Assembly: GCF_009914755.1 (NCBI RefSeq)
Contig: NC_060936.1
Source of the DNA: the human T2T-CHM13v2.0 reference genome, Homo sapiens
Length of the DNA stretch: 64,000 bases
Strand: one strand, 5' to 3'
Shown here: positions 57,477 through 64,000 of the stretch, piece after piece
Layout of the letters: every line of letters begins with the position of its first letter
Position numbering within the stretch: position 1 is the first letter of the stretch
The notes under the pieces: model-generated
Told to the model about the DNA's origin: nothing
The model's input: the letters and a program-made list of their open reading frames with translations, nothing else
The model's database searches: none
Program-made: the position numbers and the translations under genes

Positions 57477-59905
57477 CAGGCATATCTCAGATAGATGGTG
57501 GGTTTGGTTCCAGACCACTGCAATAAAGAGAATATTGCAATAAAGTAAGTCACATGAAATTTTTTATTTCCCAGTGCATATAAAACTTATGTTTACTATA
57601 CTGTATTTTATTAAGTATTCAGTAGCATTATGTATTAAAAAACAAAATACATATATTAATGTAAAAATACTTTATTGCTATAAATGCTAATGATCATCTG
57701 GGCCTTCAGCAAGGCACAATGTTTTTGCTGGTGGAAAGTCTTGCCTCAATTTTGATGGCTGCTGACTGATCAGGGTGATGGTTGCTGAAGGGTGGGGTGG
57801 GGTGGCTGTTGCAATTTCTTAAAAATAAGACAATGAAGTTTGCTGCATTGATTGACTCTCTCTTTCGTGAAATATTTCTCTCCAGTATGAACTGCTGTTT
57901 GACAGCATTTTACCCACAGTAGAACTCCTTTCAAAATTGGAATGAATTCTCTCAAACGCTACAGCTGCTTTATCAACTATGTTTACATAATATTTTAAAT
58001 CTTTTGTTGTCAGTGGAACAACGTTCACCACATCCTCACCAGGAGTAGATTCCGTCTCAAGAAACCACTTTCTTTGCTCCTTCACTTTTGTTCACTCCTC
58101 ATCTGTTCAAGTTTTATCATGAGATTGCAGCAATTCAGTCACATCTTCAGGCTCCACTTCTAATTCAAGTTCTTTGCTATTTATACCACATCTGCAATGT
58201 CTTCTTCCACTGGAGTCTTGAAGCCCTCAAAGTCATCAATGAGGGTTGGAATCAACTTCTTTCAGAATCTGGTAAATGTTGATATTTTGTCCCCCTCCTA
58301 TGAATCATGAATTTTCTGAATGGCATCTAGACTTCTGATAAATTCTTTCCAGAAGGTTTTCAATTTACTTTTCTTAGATGTGTCAGTTGAATCATTGTCT
58401 ATGATAGCTATAGCCTTATGAAATGTATTTCTTAAATAATAAGACTTGAAAGTCCAAATTACTCCTTGACCCATGGGCTGAAGATGGATGTTGTGTTAGC
58501 AGGCATGGGAACGACGTTAATCTCCTTGTACATCTCTATCAGAGCCCTTGGGGGACCAGGTGCATTGCCAGTGAGCAGTAATATTTTGAAAGAAATGTCT
58601 TTTTCTTGAGCACTAATCTCAACGATGGCCTTAATCTATTCAGTAAACCATGCTGTAAACAGATATGCTATCATCCAGACTTTGTTATTCCATTTATAGA
58701 GCATAGGCAGAATAGATTTAGCATAATTCTTAAAGGCCCCAGGATTTTCAGAATGATCAATGAACATTGGCTTCAACTTAAAGTCACCAGCTGTATTTAG
58801 CCCTTAACGAGAAAGTCAGCGTGTCCTTTGAAGCTTTAAAGCTAGACTTTGACTTCCTCTCTCTAACTATGAAAGTCCTAGATGACATCTTCTTCCAATA
58901 TAAAGCTATTTTGTCTACAATGAAAACTTGTTGTTTAGTGTAGCCACCTTTATCAATTAACCTCAGTAGGTCTTGGGATAACTTGCGGCAGCTTCTCCAT
59001 CAGCACTTGCTGCCTCATCTTGCACTTTTATGTTACAGAGACAGCTTCTTTCCTTAAACCTCACGAACCAACCTCTGCTACCTTCAAACTTTCTGTCTGC
59101 AGCTTCCTCAACTCTCTTAGGCTTCACAGAACTGAAGAGAGTTAGGGCCTTGCTCTGGATTAGGCCTTAAGGGAATATTATGGCTGGTTTGATCTATCCA
59201 GACCACTGAAAGTTTCTCTATATCAGCAGTAAGGCTGTTTCATTTGCTTATCATTTGGATATTCACCGGAGTATCACTTTTAATGTCATTGCAGAACTTT
59301 TTCCTCTGCGTTCACCACTTGGCTAACTGTCTGATCTAAGAGGCCTGGATTTCAGCATATCTCAGCTTTTTACATGCCTTCCTTACAAAGCTTAATCATT
59401 CCTAGCTTTTGATTTAAAGTGAGAGACATGTGACTTTTCCTTTTACTGGAATGCTTACAGGCCACTGTAGGGATATTAAATGGTCTCATTTCAATATTGT
59501 TGTGTCCCAGGGAATAGGAAGGCCCAAGCAGAGAAAAAGACATGGAGAGGAAGAGAGACTGGGAAATGGCTGGCTGGTGGAGCAGTCAAAACGCACACAT
59601 TTCTCAATTAAGCTTGCCATCTGATATGAGTGCAGTCTGTGGAGCCTCAAAACAATTATAATAGCAATATTAAAGATCATTGATCACACATCACCATAAC
59701 AGATATAATAACTGACACTTTTGATATATTACAAGAATTACCAAAATGTGACACAGAGACACCATGTGAGCACATGCTGTTGGAAGAATGGCACGAGTAG
59801 ATTAGATTTGCTCGATACAGAGTTGCTACGAACCTTCAATTTGTAAAAATATGCAATATCTGAGAAGTGCAATTAAGCAAAGCACAATAAAACAAGGTGT
59901 GGCTG
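57477..59905 (-). mobile_element. Full-length Tigger1 (pogo-like DNA transposon) with decayed transposase
   Basis: Termini CAGGCATATCTC... and ...AAGGTGTGGCTG|TA; 2429 bp; [31 protein letters not shown] on minus strand. Confidence 0.92.
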
Positions 59906-59907
59906 TA

Positions 59908-60130
59908 TAGCACGGGGTTAAGGGCATGGGAATTTGGAGTATGATGGAATTTGATTTAAATTTCAGCTCCATCTCTTACTAGCAGTATTGTCTCAGCAAG
60001 TAACTAACTTTTCTGAACCTCACTTTTATCACATGCAGTTGGGAAAAATACAGTTGAAAAAAGATGCCATTTGTAAAGTGCTTAGTATTTAATCACTAGC
60101 AAGTACTTAATAAATTCTAGTTGCTATTAC
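59908..60130 (+). mobile_element. MIR (apparent host of the Tigger1 insertion)
   Basis: TAGCACGGGGTTAAGGGCATGG..TCTGAACCTCAC..GTAAAGTGCTTAG. Confidence 0.65.
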
Positions 60131-60257
60131 TACTATTGCTACTCCTATGACTATAATTTTCTTAATTAATACCTGCTTAGCTTGCTAGAAGGCAGGCTGG
60201 CAAGCTGGCCTTTCACAAAATGAAGAGAGGAAGAACTTGTGAGAAATCTTTACAAAA

Positions 60258-62257
60258 ATTTTTAAACTTAAAATTTTTTATGGGTACATAGTAGGTATAT
60301 ACATTGATAAGGTACATGAGATATATTGATACAGGTATATGGTGTGTGATAATCACATCAGGGTAAGTGAAAGATCCATCACCTCAATATTTGTCATTTT
60401 GTGTTACAAACATTTCAATTATACTCTTTCCACTATTTTCAAATTTACAATAAATTATTGTTAACTGTAGTTGCCTTGTTATTCTATCAAAACTAGATCT
60501 TATTCATTCTAACTATATTTTTATACCCATTAACCATCCTCACTTCACCCCTCTTCCCCGCTAGCCTTCTCAGTCTCTGGTAACCATCATTCTATTCTCT
60601 CTTTCCATGAGTTCAATTTTTGCTTTAATTTTTAGCTCCGTCAAATGAGTGAGAACATGCAAAGTTTGTCTTTTCATGTCTGGCTTATTCCACTTAACAT
60701 AATGTCCTCTAGTTCCATCCATGTTGTTGAAAATGATAGGATCTCATTCTTTTTCATGGCTGAATAGTACTCCATTGTGTACATGTACCACATTTTCTTT
60801 ATCCATTCATTTGTTGTGAACACTTAGGCTGCTTCCAAATCTTGGCTATTGTGAATATTGCAGCAGTAAACATGGGAGTGCAGATATCTCTTTATTATAT
60901 GATGTCCTTTCTTTGGTGTATATACCAAGCAGTGGGATTGCTGGATCATGTGGTAGTTCTGTTTTTAGTTTTTTTGAGAAACCTCCATACTGTTCTCTAT
61001 AGTGGTTGTACTAATTGACATTTCTACCAACCGTGTACAGGGGTTCCCCTTTCTACACATCCATGCCAGCATTTGTTATTGCTTGTCTTTTTGATAAAAG
61101 CCATTTTAATTGGGGTGATATGGTATCTCATTGTAGTTTTGATTTGCATTTCTCTGATGATTAATGATCTTGGGCACCTTTTCACGTACTTGTTTGCCAA
61201 TTGTATTTCTTCTTTTCAGAAATGTCCATTCAGATCATTTGCCCATTTTAAAATCAGTTTTTTAGTTTGTCTATGGAATTATTTGAGCTCCTTATATATT
61301 CTGGTTATTAATCCTTTGTCAGATGTATAATTTGCAAATATTTTCTCCCATTCTGTGGGTTGTTACTTTACTTTGTTGTTTCCTTTGCTGTGCAGAAGCT
61401 CTTTAACTTGATGTGATCCCATTTGTCCATTTTTGGTTTGGTTGCCTGTGCTTGTGGGGCATTACTCAAATCTTTGCCAAGATCAAGGTCCTGGAGAGTT
61501 TCTCTAATGTTTTCTTTTAGTAGTTTCTTAGGTTGAGATCTTAGATTTAAGTCTTTAATTCATTTTGATTTGATTTTTATATATGGTAAGAGAGAGTGGG
61601 CTCAGTTCATTCTTCTGCATATGGATATCCAGTTCTCCCAGCACCATTTATTGAAGAGACTCTCCTTTCCTTGGTGTGTATTCTTTGCACCTTTGTCAAA
61701 AATGAGTTCACCATAGATGTACGAATTTATTTCTGGGTTTTGTATTCTGTTTCATTGATCTGTGTGTCTGTGTTTATGCCAGTTCCATGCTGTTTTGATT
61801 ACTATAGCTCTGTAGTATAATTTGAAGTCAGTAATGTGATTCCTCCAGTTTTGTTCTTTTGTTCACAATGGCTTTGGCTATTTTGGGTCTTTTGTGGTTC
61901 CATATAAATTTTATAATTCTTTTTTCTATTTCTATGAAGAATGTCACTGGTATTTTGATAGGGGTTGCAATGGATCTGTAGATTGCTTTGGATAGTATGG
62001 AGATTTTAACAATACTAATTGTTCCAATTCATGAACATGGAATCTGTTTCCATTTTATTGTGTCCTTTAACAATTTCTTGCATCAATGTTTTATAGTTTT
62101 CATTGTAAAGTTATTTCACTTATTTGATTAAGTTTATTTCAAAGCTATTTTATTTGTAGTTATTGTAAATGAGATTACGTTCTTGATTTCTTTTTTAAAT
62201 TGTTTGCTGTTGACATATAAAAATGCTACTGATTTTTGTATGTTAATTTTGTATCCT
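60258..62257 (-). mobile_element. 5'-truncated L1MA (MA2/3-like)
   Basis: GGGTACATAGTAGGTATATACATT 3' end; antisense ORF2 sequence through GTATCCT. Confidence 0.9.
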
Positions 62258-62488
62258 AGAGAAATACATTTAAAAAATACTCCTAAGATTCCCAACTTTT
62301 CACTAAGTGGTGGCTGTTGATTGTATTATCTTTTTGAAATTTAACAGCAGGGCATTACTATATAGCTTCCACAGTGTCATAAAATTTGGTACATCTTGAA
62401 CTTAAGTGATGCTACACTGGCACAAGCTGTTGTTTCTTGAGTGTTCTAGCAATCAATACCTATCCTGAATCACAGCTGTGTTGATCAA

Positions 62489-62540
<52 letters not shown>
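62489..62540. repeat. (ATCT)13 tetranucleotide STR at the tail of a deleted Alu fragment (to ~62630, minus)
   Basis: Direct reading; followed by GAGACAGGGTCTC...CAAGTAGCTGGGAC. Confidence 0.9.
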
Positions 62541-62659
62541 CTTTTTAGAGACAGGGTCTCATTATGTAGCCTATGAACTCATGGGCTCAAGTGATCCTCC
62601 TGTCTCAACCTTCCAAGTAGCTGGGACCATATTTTTTACGGGGAAAAAAAAACTTAGAT

Positions 62660-62860
62660 CAAATATTGTGTGTTCTCATTCATATGTGGAAGGTAAAAAA
62701 GTGAATCTTGTGAAGATAGTAAAGTGGTGGTTATGAAAGGCTGGGAAGGGAGGAGAGAATGAAGGAAAAAAAGAGAATATAAATATATTTATTACCACTG
62801 AACTGTAGGCTTAAAACTGGTAAAGAAGGTAAATTTTATATGTATATATTTTCCTCATTT
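62660..62860 (+). mobile_element. L1M 3' UTR fragment
   Basis: GTTCTCATTCATATGTGG..CACTGAACTGTA..TTAAAA..GGTAAATTTTAT. Confidence 0.65.
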
Positions 62861-64000
62861 TTTTTAAAAGAGTCTAGAGCACCACCAGCATGGAGGATTG
62901 CAGCAATTTCTCCTGATAAATATGTAAGACATAAAATTCAGTGGATGGACAGCAGAGAGTTATGAAACACTCCCCTTGACTGAAAAACAGTACCGGGGGA
63001 AAGCTAATTCACTCACATTACACATTTTCTTTTTAATCAGGATTTCCTCAAATTAAACATACATTGATGGGCAATGTAAACATCTCATGTGATATTGAAA
63101 CAGTTGTCAACATCCTTAAGGAATTAACCCCCCTCCCTCCATGTTGGGCCTTTGCTGCCCTGCTGGTCTTTTTTTGTTTTTGAGTCTAGCCTCATTACAT
63201 TAATAGCTCAAAACCTTCTCAGGCGTGTTAAAAATAGATTGCAAGAGAATTGAATGCAGTGTTTCCCTCCTCCCTCCCACTTTTTTTCTTGACTCTAATA
63301 TAATGGCACTCCTCAGAAACAGTCCACGGAAATCCAGATTTTCGCAGTGGCTTGTGTGGGAAGTGCAGACTATTGTGTGCAAGTGTTGCAGCCTACTGCT
63401 TGGCAGGAAGTCGTTTTTCGGAAAAGTTAACTGAACAAACACCTTCCATTGTCTACAGAGGTTGAAAGTCCAATGAAATTTCCTTATTGCTATCTCTAAA
63501 GCAATTTGGTGGCTGTGATTACATTTAACCCTTTATTTCTAAAGTCTCATTTTTATTGAAGGCTCTTCCCTTCAGTGATTCTTAACCTTTTCTGATTCTC
63601 AGACTCTTTTGAGAATTTGGTGGGACAATAAACTCATGTATTCTTTTTTAAGGGGATCAACAGTTCTTTCTCTCATCCTCTCTCCCATGTCAAACTGTAG
63701 CAGGTCTAAGTCATTAATTATCAAGGGAAAAACTCTAAAGAAGAGAAGGTGAGGATCCAATGCATTTCTCATTTCTTTTATTGCAAATTAATTTTTTTTA
63801 AAGGCTGAGCTTTGCTGTGAACTATTTTAAAAGCTGTTAATCACTTTCATAGTCTCATTTATCAAAGTGATAATAATACATAGGCTTAGTTTTCCTGTGC
63901 TGTAATACAACTGAAAAAATTAACATTATAAATGAATATACAAAGAGTTCGACCAGAAAGGCAAAAATAAAAAATAGGCTACATTAAATTTGGTGATGAC

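Overview
Hominid (human or great-ape-like) AT-rich genomic DNA, intronic or intergenic, dominated by interspersed repeats. I found no convincing host protein-coding exon and no unknown multi-gene system. The centrepiece is a full-length young LINE-1 (L1PA2-like, minus strand, ~23238-29267). It has an open 1275-aa ORF2, an ORF1 broken by two nonsense codons, an open antisense ORF0, and a ~124-bp 3' transduction with its own poly(A) signal and second A-tail. A perfect 16-bp target-site duplication (TSD) brackets the whole unit. Also present: a U13 (SNORD13) snoRNA retrocopy with TSD, a full-length decayed Tigger1, a twin-primed L1MA, a ~30-bp micro-L1, several Alus, MaLR/THE1 LTRs, an ERV1 internal fragment, and MER30, MER117, L2 and MIR relics. 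Local copy events include an exact 26-bp templated insertion matching a site 2.8 kb away. Repeat subfamily names come from recalled consensus sequences, and boundaries of old repeats are approximate.
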